Assembly: GCA_963663805.2 (NCBI GenBank)
Contig: CAXXMR010000020.1
Coordinates: 96,001 to 160,000, forward strand
Length of the DNA: 64,000 bases
DNA from: Sedimentisphaerales bacterium
GTDB taxonomy: Bacteria; Planctomycetota; Phycisphaerae; Sedimentisphaerales; SM23-30
Direction: 5' to 3'
Notes under the pieces: generated by a model
Told to the model about the DNA's origin: nothing
Databases searched by the model: none
Seen by the model: only the letters and a program-made list of their open reading frames with translations
Made by a program: the position numbers and the translations under genes
Part shown: piece by piece, positions 30,081 through 40,199 of the stretch
Layout of the letters: each line of letters opens with the position of its first letter
How positions within the stretch are numbered: position 1 is the stretch's first letter

Positions 30081-30845
30081 TTAGCCTTCTTTTTTCCGTT
30101 TTTTCTCTAAACTCTGGTTAAGTCGCCAGCTGTCGGTTATGATTTCGACCACGCTCACATGGTGGGTCAGTCGGTCCAGCAGAGCACCGGCTAATCTTTC
30201 ATCATCGCCAAAGACCTGGGGCCAATCGGCGAATGGCAGATTCGTTGTTACGATCAGGCTGGTTTGTTCATAGCACTGGCTGAAAAAGCCGAACAGATGT
30301 TCCGCTCCGATACGGTCGAACGGGACATAGCCCAGTTCATCGATGATGATCAGGTCGCATTTTTTTATATAGCTCTCTAATTTCAACACCGCTCTTTCCT
30401 GTCGGGCTTCGAGATACGTATTAACCAGTTCAGCAGCGGTAAAGAACCGCACTTTATAACCTCGTCGGCAGGCTTCCCGGCCGAGGGCGATGGCCAGATG
30501 ACTTTTACCCACGCCCGGCGGGCCGGTAAAGACGATATTACTGCGGCGGTCGATAAAGCCGCACATCGAAAGGTCGATAATCTGTTTTTTATTTATCTGC
30601 GGCACGGCCATAAAATCAAAACTTTCAAGTTCCTTAGTCATGGGGAAGTTTGCCTGTTTCAATCTCCTGGCGATGGCCTGCGACTGTCGATGAAAGACTT
30701 CGATTTCGGCCAGTCTTTGCAGGTAACTTTCATAGGATTCGTTTGCCTGGGCGGATGCCCGGGCAATTGTCTGATACTCTTTTTGAATTGTCGGAAGCTT
30801 CAGGGTCTTGAGATAGCTTTTTAATAAAACCATTTGATCTTTCAT
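30081..30845 (-). CDS. istB: IS21 helper ATPase
   Basis: GPPGVGKSHLA, IIDELGY, TTNL.F..W, LLDRL.HH. Confidence 0.96.
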   Translation of the reverse strand: MKDQMVLLKSYLKTLKLPTIQKEYQTIARASAQANESYESYLQRLAEIEVFHRQSQAIARRLKQANFPMTKELESFDFMAVPQINKKQIIDLSMCGFIDRRSNIVFTGPPGVGKSHLAIALGREACRRGYKVRFFTAAELVNTYLEARQERAVLKLESYIKKCDLIIIDELGYVPFDRIGAEHLFGFFSQCYEQTSLIVTTNLPFADWPQVFGDDERLAGALLDRLTHHVSVVEIITDSWRLNQSLEKKRKKEG

Positions 30846-32329
30846 GCTACCTCCCCGGCCAACTGGTTATAAACATCGAGATTGCGTTTGCCATCGCCTT
30901 GGTTTACCAGGACTTGATTGCCGGCAAGGTTCAATTGTGAGCCGTTACGTAAAAAGCTTTCCACCGCTTCATCGCTGAACGCCCGGCACTTGACACAAAC
31001 ACCAACGGCATGTTCAACTTCTTTTTGCGGATGCCTGATAAAGAGCAGCAGGATGTTGATGTATTTACCGGTCCCTTCACTGCCGTATCGATATTCAAGC
31101 TCTGTTCGCATCAAGGTGAAATCTTCGCCCCAGGGCTGGCCCTTGAATGGCCGAGCATTATCCAGCGAACCGGGCTTACGCTCTAAAAGTTTGATATAAT
31201 GCAGCGGATCCAGGATATACTGGTCTTTATCGTAACATCTGGAATGCGAGGCAACCAGCTCATTTTTATAGAACAGGTCAACCCGGTCAACGAATACCTT
31301 GACCTGGCAAGATTGATAGGCATACTCCGTCGGCACCGAATACCGGTTAGTATCAACCCGTACTGTAAGCTGTTTGTCCGCAAAGGTGGATATTCGACGA
31401 CAGGCTTCAAACTTCTGCTCAGGCAGTTCGTATAAATGTGTTTTCTCTTCCGCAAATAAATCGCCAATGGTTTTATTCGTATGAGGTGCAGGGCCCTGGC
31501 GATCCAGTTCTTTGATACACTGAGCAATCAGCATCTCATTCAGCTGAGCCATATCGGTAACTCTCGGAACCGGAGAGAAGAACTGCCTTTCACTTCGCTT
31601 GGCGAGATTCTCGACATCGCCTTTTTCATTACCTTTAGCGACATTGCAAAAACGAGTGTCAAACAAATACCAACTCTTAAGCTCTACGAATTTGCGGTTG
31701 AGCCGACGCTTGCCTTTTTTGAGAACCTTTAGAACCGCAGTTTTTAAATTGTCGTAAGCAATGCGTTTGGGCACGCCGCCGAAATATTCAAACGCCCGGA
31801 CATGGCCGTCAAGAAAACATTCGATCTTCATGCTCTCGTAAGCACAAACAAAAGGAGCCTTAGAACAGCACAGCTTCATGCAAAAAACGTAGACCTTCTT
31901 CTCCCTGCCGTTTTCTTTAATGTTAGCTTCATGCCAGTCAACCTGGGCTTCTTCGCCAAACTCAAACGCTAACGGCAGGTAAGCTTCTTTTTGGCGATTA
32001 CTCGCCTCCTTGATATACCGCTGGACAGTGCTGTAATGGCCGGTGAAACCATACTCGTCACAAAGCCGCTGATACATTTTGGTCGCCTGCATCCGCTGCT
32101 TACGCCGAACCTTTTTGTCAGATTCCAGCCAGGTGTCAATAATGTGCGCGAAGGGATCCATGACAGCCTTGACCCGCGGCTGACTGAGCCGATAGCCCGG
32201 CGGAATCGGATTTTTCAGGGCCTTGGCCACCGTGTTACGCGAATGCCCCAGCTCCAGGGCAACCTCACGTTGCGATATCCCATCACGAACTTTACGTCTG
32301 ATAATCTCATAATGCTCCACTGTAAGCAC
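30842..32329 (-). CDS. istA: IS21 transposase
   Basis: HTH start, GEEAQVDW, FGGVP....YDN.K, EKG.VE. Confidence 0.96.
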   Translation of the reverse strand: MLTVEHYEIIRRKVRDGISQREVALELGHSRNTVAKALKNPIPPGYRLSQPRVKAVMDPFAHIIDTWLESDKKVRRKQRMQATKMYQRLCDEYGFTGHYSTVQRYIKEASNRQKEAYLPLAFEFGEEAQVDWHEANIKENGREKKVYVFCMKLCCSKAPFVCAYESMKIECFLDGHVRAFEYFGGVPKRIAYDNLKTAVLKVLKKGKRRLNRKFVELKSWYLFDTRFCNVAKGNEKGDVENLAKRSERQFFSPVPRVTDMAQLNEMLIAQCIKELDRQGPAPHTNKTIGDLFAEEKTHLYELPEQKFEACRRISTFADKQLTVRVDTNRYSVPTEYAYQSCQVKVFVDRVDLFYKNELVASHSRCYDKDQYILDPLHYIKLLERKPGSLDNARPFKGQPWGEDFTLMRTELEYRYGSEGTGKYINILLLFIRHPQKEVEHAVGVCVKCRAFSDEAVESFLRNGSQLNLAGNQVLVNQGDGKRNLDVYNQLAGEVA

Positions 32330-32469
32330 CTTTCTAAGCCTCCTGTGTCTAAAATGTTACGTATCTTAAACACATCTTATCGGCCTTTTACAGTGGCTCC
32401 TTTTTCGATGCTTTTTCAGAAGAGAAAACCCGCAAATCTGGCTCCATTTTCAATGCTAATCACCACGCT

Positions 32470-32537
32470 GACAACTGCTCAGTGGAGACGCTGGGTGGTG
32501 TGAGAGACAGGGGCAGTGACACTCCCGTCTGTTCGTT
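32470..32537 (+). ncRNA. Degenerate group II intron domain V-VI remnant
   Basis: AACTGCTCAGTG..CGCTGGGTGGTGTGAGAG.CAGGGG...CTCCCGTCTGTTCG resembles class C 3' ends with a shortened DV. Confidence 0.5.
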
Positions 32538-32566
32538 TGATTGAACTGGAATCCCCCCGATATTAA

Positions 32567-33160
32567 TTAGCGTGAACGATTTGTTCTGCCCGAAGACCTG
32601 CCGCTGCCGCCTGACCGGTTGCCGCCAGTTCTACCGCTGCTGCTGCTGCCGGAACTGCCATCGAGTATGCTGTTGTTGTAACTGCTGCGCATACTCAAAA
32701 GGTCCGCGATATAATAAACCCGTAGTGAACGCCTGTCTGGATAGCGATTAACCGTGTTGATTTCCAACACCCCTCTATCGACGCGCCAGGCCAGAGGCAC
32801 GACCGCTGAACCGCTGATATAGTCCAGGGCCGCTTCGAGCACCTTGAACGCCGAAATGTCGGCCAACTGCATCGTTACCGTATTATCGTGATAGACATTC
32901 ACCGCTTCCAGTGCCGGCCAATAAGCGATGACATTAATCCCTACCTGATCGCGAAGATCCGCTATCACTTCCTCAAAGGGAGTGTCATTATAATCAACCG
33001 TCATGGGAATTGCCGCCAGGCGAGCTTCAACCTCAATCGTCGTCATCGGTTTGGGCTTGGCCTGAACTATTGGCACAACGGTAGATTTGTCCTCGGCAAT
33101 AGCGGTCGCCACGACGGCCAATACCATTAAAACAGCAATAATTTTGAATTTTGCGAACAT
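32567..33160 (-). CDS. Secreted hypothetical protein, STN/secretin N-domain-like with Gly/Ser tail
   Basis: Signal peptide; TPFEEVI..L....G.N, VYYIADLL. Confidence 0.65.
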   Translation of the reverse strand: MFAKFKIIAVLMVLAVVATAIAEDKSTVVPIVQAKPKPMTTIEVEARLAAIPMTVDYNDTPFEEVIADLRDQVGINVIAYWPALEAVNVYHDNTVTMQLADISAFKVLEAALDYISGSAVVPLAWRVDRGVLEINTVNRYPDRRSLRVYYIADLLSMRSSYNNSILDGSSGSSSSGRTGGNRSGGSGRSSGRTNRSR

Positions 33161-33213
33161 GTCAGTGACCTCCAGCTACCTCAATTATAGCCGCTTATGC
33201 CGGTTTCGACAAG

Positions 33214-35085
33214 TCAGTTGTCGATATATCGCCGATGCCATAGCTCCAGCATCAGCAGGGCCCACAGACGCTGGCCATGGTCCGCCCGCCCCGATTTATG
33301 CTCTAACCAGAGTTTCTCCAGGGCTGTCCGTTCAAAGTGGTTTCTTTCTAAAGCCTTTTGTGACAATATATTATCTAATAAAATCTCCCGCAGGTCATGG
33401 TTGAACCAGCTTCCAATCGGCACCCCAAATCCTCGTTTGCCCCTGTCGGTTATCTTGCCCGGCAGCATATCACCAAAGGCCCTGCGGAGAATAATTTTGC
33501 CTATTTTGCCATTTAGCCGATATTTTCGCGGCAGACTAAATGCCAGCTCTACCAGTTCATGGTCCTGGAACGGACAGCGAACCTCCAGCCCATGTGCCAT
33601 CGAGACCCGGTCAACCTTCACATTCAAATCGCCCGGCAGATATGCCTCCAAATCCGCCCGCATCGCGCTGGCCGCTCCATCCTCGCTCGTTCGTAAAAAT
33701 TCCGACCAGTCACACGCGAAACCTTTATATACATCTTCCTGGCAAAGTTCCTTTAGCTGTTCCAGTTGGAAAATGCCCAGCCAGTTTAGATATGCCGCGT
33801 CCGGTTCGAGATTAGCTGAGGCCAAAAATCTTTTCAGTCGAGTCAGCCTGCCGTGCAGATTTATCCCCGGCAGCTTTTGCCAGATTCCCAGCCCTGCCAG
33901 TTTCCTCAACAGCCAAAGACGCCTCAGCCGCTCAGCCATCAGTGTCGCTCGATAGCGGTCGTATCCGCCGAAACACTCATCCCCGCCGTCACCGCTCAAA
34001 GCGACCGTGACATGTTGACGGGTCATTTTTGATAAGTGCCACGTCGGCAGCGCCGAGCTGTCAGCGAACGGGTCGTCATAAATACCCGCCAGTGTTTCAA
34101 TCGTTTCAGCGAAGTTTGGCGATACCACATGTTCAAAATGCTCGCAGCCAAATTTCTCCGCCGCACACCGGGCGAAGGCCAGCTCATTATATGCCTGTTC
34201 TAAAAAACCAATCGAGCAGGTCTTGACCGGCCGCGAGCATTCCCGACTCATCAAGCCGACAATGATAGATGAATCAATCCCGCCCGACAAAAACGCACCC
34301 AGTGGCACGTCGCTAATCATTCGCATCTTGACCGAACGTCGCAAGGTCTCGCGGACAGCCTCAATAGCTTCAGAAAAAGTTCCACTGAATTTTTCCCGCT
34401 CATCTACCGACCAATATTTAACCGGTGACAGATTGCCGATGTTATCATTTTTAATGAGTAAATAATGACCGGGCCCTAATTGTTGTATATTCTCAAAAGC
34501 GGTTTTTAGACCACCTGTATAGCCCAGGACCAGATAATTACTAATCACGGAAAGATTGACCCGCCGGGAAAAATCTCTGCTCACTAGAATAGATTTTATT
34601 TCAGAACCGAAAACAAATCGGCCTTTATTCAAAGCATAATATAAAGGTTTTTGGCCCAGTCGGTCGCGAGCCAGAAACAGTTCACGTTTGGTCTTATCCC
34701 AAATCGCCAGCGCGAACATGCCGCGCATTTTTCGTACGCACTCCGGCCCATACTCACGGTATAAATGCAGCACTACTTCGGTATCACAATTGGTAAAAAA
34801 TTTGTGCCCGCGTCCTGAAAGCTCCACTCGAAGCTCTGCGAAATTATAGCATTCACCGTTGTAGGTGATAAACAGTTCGTCGTCCAGACTCATTGGCTGC
34901 TGACCGTGACCGGGGTCAATAATTGCCAGTCGCCGGTGAGCAAACCCCCAACTGCCGTCCTCTATTTTCGTAATCCCGGAATCGTCAGGCCCGCGCGGAG
35001 ACAAACTGTCCGCCATAGCCCAAAGCTCAGCAGCATCAACCGGGATTGTCCCGCAAAAATTTATTATGCCCGCGATTCCGCACAT
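33214..35085 (-). CDS. asnB: Asparagine synthase (glutamine-hydrolysing) family amidotransferase
   Basis: MCGIAG, RGPD, HRRLAIID, LSGGIDSS, SGDGGDE.FGGY. Confidence 0.95.
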   Translation of the reverse strand: MCGIAGIINFCGTIPVDAAELWAMADSLSPRGPDDSGITKIEDGSWGFAHRRLAIIDPGHGQQPMSLDDELFITYNGECYNFAELRVELSGRGHKFFTNCDTEVVLHLYREYGPECVRKMRGMFALAIWDKTKRELFLARDRLGQKPLYYALNKGRFVFGSEIKSILVSRDFSRRVNLSVISNYLVLGYTGGLKTAFENIQQLGPGHYLLIKNDNIGNLSPVKYWSVDEREKFSGTFSEAIEAVRETLRRSVKMRMISDVPLGAFLSGGIDSSIIVGLMSRECSRPVKTCSIGFLEQAYNELAFARCAAEKFGCEHFEHVVSPNFAETIETLAGIYDDPFADSSALPTWHLSKMTRQHVTVALSGDGGDECFGGYDRYRATLMAERLRRLWLLRKLAGLGIWQKLPGINLHGRLTRLKRFLASANLEPDAAYLNWLGIFQLEQLKELCQEDVYKGFACDWSEFLRTSEDGAASAMRADLEAYLPGDLNVKVDRVSMAHGLEVRCPFQDHELVELAFSLPRKYRLNGKIGKIILRRAFGDMLPGKITDRGKRGFGVPIGSWFNHDLREILLDNILSQKALERNHFERTALEKLWLEHKSGRADHGQRLWALLMLELWHRRYIDN

Positions 35086-35098
35086 TTTCTATTAACCA

Positions 35099-35716
35099 TC
35101 ATTTTTTTTGCCGGGTTTCCTGATTTTCTGAATATTGCTTTTCGTAAATATCCGTAGGCCGAAGCATCCGGAATACCGTACCCAGCAGAATTCGCGTATC
35201 CAGCAGCAGCGACTGGTTTTCGACATAATTCACGTCGAGTTCGAGTTTGGCTTCGATTGTCAGGCTGCCCCGCCCGGAAATCTGAGCCAGCCCCGTCAGG
35301 CCGGGCTTGACCTCCAGCCGCCTTTTCTGCCGCTGGTTCCACTCCGCTATTTGAGCCACATAAAGAGGCCGCGGCCCGACCAGTGACATATCGCCGGCCA
35401 ATACATTAGCCAATTGCGGCAGTTCATCCAGCGACAACAGACGCAGAATCTTGCCTACTCCGGTCAGACGGGAATCCGCCCCGTCTTTCGGAGATGCACC
35501 AAACGGGTCAACATCCTTCCGCATGGTCCGAAACTTAATAAGCTGAAATGGCCGGGCTTTTTCCCCTGCCCGCTCCTGAAAGAAAAACACACCCGGCCCA
35601 CTGCTTAGACGCACCGCCAGCGCGACGATTATTATCACCGGTATTGTCAGAGGCAATGTCAAGACCACCAGCAGGACATCAGCCAGTCGTTTGATTAAAT
35701 GATGACTATTTTTCAT
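35099..35716 (-). CDS. Bacterial sugar transferase (priming phosphoglycosyltransferase)
   Basis: KFRTM, SLDELPQL.NVL.GDMSLVGPRP, KPGLTGLAQI.GR. Confidence 0.95.
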   Translation of the reverse strand: MKNSHHLIKRLADVLLVVLTLPLTIPVIIIVALAVRLSSGPGVFFFQERAGEKARPFQLIKFRTMRKDVDPFGASPKDGADSRLTGVGKILRLLSLDELPQLANVLAGDMSLVGPRPLYVAQIAEWNQRQKRRLEVKPGLTGLAQISGRGSLTIEAKLELDVNYVENQSLLLDTRILLGTVFRMLRPTDIYEKQYSENQETRQKK

Positions 35717-35886
35717 AATGCTAGTATTTTCCGTGCTTTGCGGAAATTAACAAGCAAAAAAAGCTCATGTCTGGCTAGGGGCAGGATAAATTTTATTTTT
35801 TGTGCAATAAAAACCGGTGGTCTTCATTAGACTCTAATTACATAGAAAAAGTATGCGTCTTCGAAGTATGAGGAGCGGCCGGTTAG

Positions 35887-36996
35887 ATGGATTATTCACG
35901 ATTTTCAGCAGGTCTGGCGGCTGACGGTCCGCCGCCTCCCCCCTTGCCGCCGATTGACGCGTTAAGCGTGGTTACCAATGGGCTGGCGGTGAAATCTCTG
36001 GTGGGGCAGGAATCCTGTGGGCGGGCTCCGTGGGGTATAGAGTTTCCGGGGCCTCCGTGTGGGTTTTTCGCGATTAGGGAAGGCGAGTGTGTAGCTCGAC
36101 TGAGAGGGCAGGGCAAGACGGTTCGATTGAGTGCGGGCGATATACTGATAGTTTTTAAGTCGAGTCCTGTCGAATTGAAAGATTGTCCGGAGAGCCAAAC
36201 GGTTCCGCTGGGCACGTTGCTCAAAGGCCAGGATATGAGGAAGCACCCGGCGATAGACTGCGGCGGTCAGGGCGCGGTGACGAAATTTGTTACCGGAGGC
36301 TTTGTTTTTGAGCATGATAATAATCATTGTCTGGTCGAGGCACTGCCGGCGTTTCTTCATCAAAAAAATGAAGCAGAAAAATTCCCTGCCGAACAGGAGC
36401 ATGTTCTGGAATTGATATGTAAGGAACTGCGGCAATGTTCGTCGGGCCGATACGCGATAATCAATAAGCTGGTGCAGGTACTGATAATTCAGGCGATACG
36501 CGGGGTGCTGGAACAGGATGGATCGCCGCCGGGCAATATTGTGCATGCTCTGAACGATAATGAGGTGGGGCACGCCCTGAAGCTGATACATCAGTATCCG
36601 CAAGTCAACTGGTCGGTACAGAAACTTGCTGACGAGGTGGGGATGTCACGCTCGTCGTTTGCCAAACGGTTCAATATTGCGACGGGCACTTCGCCGATCG
36701 CTTATCTGATGCAATATCGGATGAAGTTTGCGGCGGCTTGTCTGGAGAACAGTACGGATAATATCCTGAGCGTGGCCCGTCGGGTAGGTTTCAGCTCCGA
36801 TGCCTCTTTCAGCACAGCCTTTAAGCGGTGCTATGGCGATTCGCCCGGCCAATATCGCAGCAGTCGTCAGATGAGCAGAACCGGAGAAAAACAGATACGA
36901 GAGGGAGCCGGGGGTGTTTGGGGGCAAAAAAGGACAAAAAAATACCCTGACAAAACTATTGCGGACGACAGGGCATTTAGGGGGTGGCCTGTTTGA
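35887..36996 (+). CDS. AraC family regulator with cupin-like sensor domain
   Basis: W.V..LA...GMSRS.FA..F, VGF.S.ASFS.AFKR..G.SP. Confidence 0.9.
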   Translation: MDYSRFSAGLAADGPPPPPLPPIDALSVVTNGLAVKSLVGQESCGRAPWGIEFPGPPCGFFAIREGECVARLRGQGKTVRLSAGDILIVFKSSPVELKDCPESQTVPLGTLLKGQDMRKHPAIDCGGQGAVTKFVTGGFVFEHDNNHCLVEALPAFLHQKNEAEKFPAEQEHVLELICKELRQCSSGRYAIINKLVQVLIIQAIRGVLEQDGSPPGNIVHALNDNEVGHALKLIHQYPQVNWSVQKLADEVGMSRSSFAKRFNIATGTSPIAYLMQYRMKFAAACLENSTDNILSVARRVGFSSDASFSTAFKRCYGDSPGQYRSSRQMSRTGEKQIREGAGGVWGQKRTKKYPDKTIADDRAFRGWPV

Positions 36997-37076
36997 GTCG
37001 ATGAGATAACAGAAAAACAGTAGTCTGTTGAAGCAATGTTATCCATAAGATAACTCAAACAGAAAGGACATGACCA

Positions 37077-37634
37077 ATGATTAGTTCAATTAGTGACTCC
37101 AGTCAGCAATTCATGGTGCAGATGATGCAGCAGCGGGGCGACCCCAGCGGGACAGCTCCGACGGGTAATCCCATGCAGGAGATGATGGAGAATAACTCCG
37201 ATTCAATTGCTGACAAACTGGGCGTTGATTCGTCAACGTTTGCCACCATCGCCGGCGAGATCGACGCAGCCGTAGAAGAAGCGACCGAAGGTGTTGACGG
37301 CCGCGCGAGCAAAGAAACCGTCGATGATGCCATTAGTGGTGTTCTTAGTAATTATGGCATTACTCTTGATGAATTGCAGTCGGCTCTCCAGTCCACAGCG
37401 GAGGAAACAGGAATGGCCCCGATGGGTGGCATGGGAGGAATGAAGGGCATGGGTGGCCCGCCGCCAATGGGTGGCGCCGGTGGTGCCGAGGGTACCGATA
37501 GTGAAGAAGACTGGCTGGAAGAATACCTCGAAAGTCTTCAGTCTGATAGTGAGTCGGAAGACAGCAGCGGTTTTAATATTATGCAGTTGCTAGGCAATCT
37601 GCCGACCGGCTCGTTGACAAATGTAATGGCCTGA
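37077..37634 (+). CDS. Acidic hypothetical protein with MGG/GGPPP low complexity
   Basis: Upstream AAGGA RBS; clean ORF. Confidence 0.65.
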   Translation: MISSISDSSQQFMVQMMQQRGDPSGTAPTGNPMQEMMENNSDSIADKLGVDSSTFATIAGEIDAAVEEATEGVDGRASKETVDDAISGVLSNYGITLDELQSALQSTAEETGMAPMGGMGGMKGMGGPPPMGGAGGAEGTDSEEDWLEEYLESLQSDSESEDSSGFNIMQLLGNLPTGSLTNVMA

Positions 37635-37754
37635 CAACCGCACATTGCCAAGACGCATAGTTAGATGTTCCCTAAAGGATAATATTGCTTCGAATTGCCG
37701 AGACAGGGAGGTCTAAAAGAGGTTGCAGGGATGTTGAAACCGTAAATGAGTACC

Positions 37755-37793
37755 GCCGAGCGGTGGCCCTGATGCTGCCGCTCGGTTTTTTTG
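37755..37793 (+). terminator. Rho-independent terminator between convergent genes
   Basis: CCGAGCGGTGGC...GCTGCCGCTCGG then T8. Confidence 0.8.
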
Positions 37794-39959
37794 TCAACGC
37801 AGCCAGTTCTCCGCCATTATGCTCAGGTCCTCCAGATTCACGACGCAATCCTGATTCAAATCACCCGGAAGTTGCGTCGGACAGAAATTAATGTAATCAG
37901 CACCATCGGTCAGCCACGCCAGCGAAAACCGCGCCAGCGTAATTATCGAGTAACTATCCCTTTCATACAGGCAGCCCATATTCCAGTCCGGCAGAACCGT
38001 CAGGCAGGAATAGGCACTCGAACCGGAGTAAATCTGTTTAGCCACAGGCCACGTCGCCGCTTCATCGTAACTCAGTTTCACCGTCATATTTACACGACTG
38101 GAGATATGGGCCGGGTTGGAGAAAATCACCCGGTTAATATCCTGCCGGTCGGCATGGGTCAAACGCAGAAAGCTCGCCTGGCACGTCGGTTCCGGCAATG
38201 CCTGGTCAAACCAGATTTCCGACCACGTATGCCCGCCGTCGGTACTGGAGGCAATCGCCCGATGGTCCGGGTCGGTATCATAAGAGCGGGCATTATTCAG
38301 CACCGTACTGTCATATAGCTCAACAGCCTGACATTCGTTACAGCCCGGCACCATCGGCAGGCCGTAGGTCCAGTTTGCCCCATGGTCATCGCTGTACATC
38401 ATGTGTGAACCGCGTACGCCGGAATTGTGGTCCGAAGGAATAATCAACCGACCCGCGTAGCTGCCGGTCTGCAACTGAATACCAACGCCCGGCCCGGTGG
38501 CGTACCAGCTCCAGCTAGAGTCTTTCACGTCGTCGGTAACTTCCCGCCGAGCTGACCACGTATAACCATTATCGTCGCTGTAACCCACGAATACACGACC
38601 ATTGTTACGACAGAACGGCATCCATATCCTATTGTTTGTTTCATCAACCACCGGGCACGGATTACCAATGGTTATCAAGGCTGAGCCGCCTTCTTCGTAA
38701 ATCAGTTGCAGGGGCGACCAGGTCTGCCCGTTGTCGGTACTGCGTTTCATGACAATGTCAATATCGCCGTCGTCGCCGCAATCATTTTTACGACCTTCGC
38801 AAAATGCCAGAACATCGCCGTTGGGGGCAACCAGAATCGCTGGAATGCGAAAACACGTATAACCCTCAGTGCCGTTGGTGAATAAATCGATTTGTTCAAA
38901 TACTATGCCGGGAATAGTTGTCGTAAATGACCAGAGAGGCCCAGCGAAGGTGTTCTGCTCACTATCAGTAACATCAACCCTCCAGTAATAAGTCGTCGAA
39001 TAATCCAGTAGCGGCGGATAATAAGTCGCTAGATGTGAACCAGTCACAACAGGCCCCGATGGGAACGACGAATCCGTATCAAAATAAACCGTATAGGTCG
39101 GCGCACTTGCTCCGCATTGCCAGGTCAATGTATGGCGAATTTCTTCATCATCACTGTTGTTAGCGGGCGCAGGATTGTTCGCGTAATTATCAATTTCTAC
39201 AACGTCGGTGCCGGAATAAATCAGATTAATCATCTCTGTCGCCAGCACCGAGTCGAACACCGCAACCTGCGACATCCTGCCTTTGAATATCCACTGGTTG
39301 CCGCCTGAGTCAACGTTTTTGCCTAGCCACATTCCGTCCAGATTGCTTACCGCGTCGAAAAAGCCCACTTCGGTCCCGCTTTGATCTGCCTGCCCGTCAA
39401 TGTAAAGCACAACCTGCCCGTTTATATCAACAGTCACTGCCACATGATGCCAGTTATTGTCCGCCGGATCCGTCGGATAGGTAGAAAGTTGAAAATACTG
39501 GTCAGCAGCCCCTTCCCGAATATCAAACCGCAAACCGGGAATGGAAGCGTAAGTCGGGTCATAGAATAACCTTATTTCACTTGAGGCATCGGAAGTATCC
39601 GAAGCCGCCAGGATAATATCCACCGAATCCGCTCCGGGAAGTTTCACCCACGCGGATATGGTTCCCTGCTCCAGATTGCGAAAGCTATCCAGATTCCCGC
39701 TCAATTCAACCCATTCATCATCGCCGCTGTCGCCGACCCATTCCAGAACATAACCTTTCTCGGCGTCATTAACCCATGTCGGATCCGAAGCCTCGACCGT
39801 GGATGTTTCACCTAAAATGCCGTCAAGATTGTTCCCCGAAGCATCCGCCACGGTTTGCCCGCTCCCTTCATCCAGAGGCCAGTAGGCAACCAGCCCCGCG
39901 TGGATTGAACCGCTGGTTATTGCAGCAATACATAATATAGTTAGAATCAGGGTTCTCAT
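37794..39959 (-). CDS. GH33 sialidase with N-terminal LamG domain and dockerin-like tail
   Basis: FRIP motif, Asp-boxes S.D.G.TWS, WHHVAVT, GDLN.D..V...DL. Confidence 0.9.
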   Translation of the reverse strand: MRTLILTILCIAAITSGSIHAGLVAYWPLDEGSGQTVADASGNNLDGILGETSTVEASDPTWVNDAEKGYVLEWVGDSGDDEWVELSGNLDSFRNLEQGTISAWVKLPGADSVDIILAASDTSDASSEIRLFYDPTYASIPGLRFDIREGAADQYFQLSTYPTDPADNNWHHVAVTVDINGQVVLYIDGQADQSGTEVGFFDAVSNLDGMWLGKNVDSGGNQWIFKGRMSQVAVFDSVLATEMINLIYSGTDVVEIDNYANNPAPANNSDDEEIRHTLTWQCGASAPTYTVYFDTDSSFPSGPVVTGSHLATYYPPLLDYSTTYYWRVDVTDSEQNTFAGPLWSFTTTIPGIVFEQIDLFTNGTEGYTCFRIPAILVAPNGDVLAFCEGRKNDCGDDGDIDIVMKRSTDNGQTWSPLQLIYEEGGSALITIGNPCPVVDETNNRIWMPFCRNNGRVFVGYSDDNGYTWSARREVTDDVKDSSWSWYATGPGVGIQLQTGSYAGRLIIPSDHNSGVRGSHMMYSDDHGANWTYGLPMVPGCNECQAVELYDSTVLNNARSYDTDPDHRAIASSTDGGHTWSEIWFDQALPEPTCQASFLRLTHADRQDINRVIFSNPAHISSRVNMTVKLSYDEAATWPVAKQIYSGSSAYSCLTVLPDWNMGCLYERDSYSIITLARFSLAWLTDGADYINFCPTQLPGDLNQDCVVNLEDLSIMAENWLR

Positions 39960-40199
39960 GGGCAGGGCTCCAGTTTGGGGGCATTTTTCTCTTATGTTAA
40001 TTATAGCAAAAACGGGACAGTGATGCAACTTGTTTATTATAAAGGGGATACGGCGCAAGTAAGGCACAAGTCCCTTTTTACGGTTTTTGAAAAATCGGGC
40101 CAGACAATATTTGGTAAAGGCAGTTTCTTTAGGGTGGCAAAGATGTATAAGGTTGCTAAAATACAGCAGTTATCAATTTTATTTTTGAAGGGTTCAGCT

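Larger units (their letters stand above)
28592..32465 (-). mobile_element. IS21-family element with IS701 nested in its right end
   Basis: IRs TGGTGATTAG(T/C)ATTGAAAATGGAGCCAGATTTGC at 28592 and (inverted) ending 32465, each with an internal second repeat; istA-istB. Confidence 0.88.
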
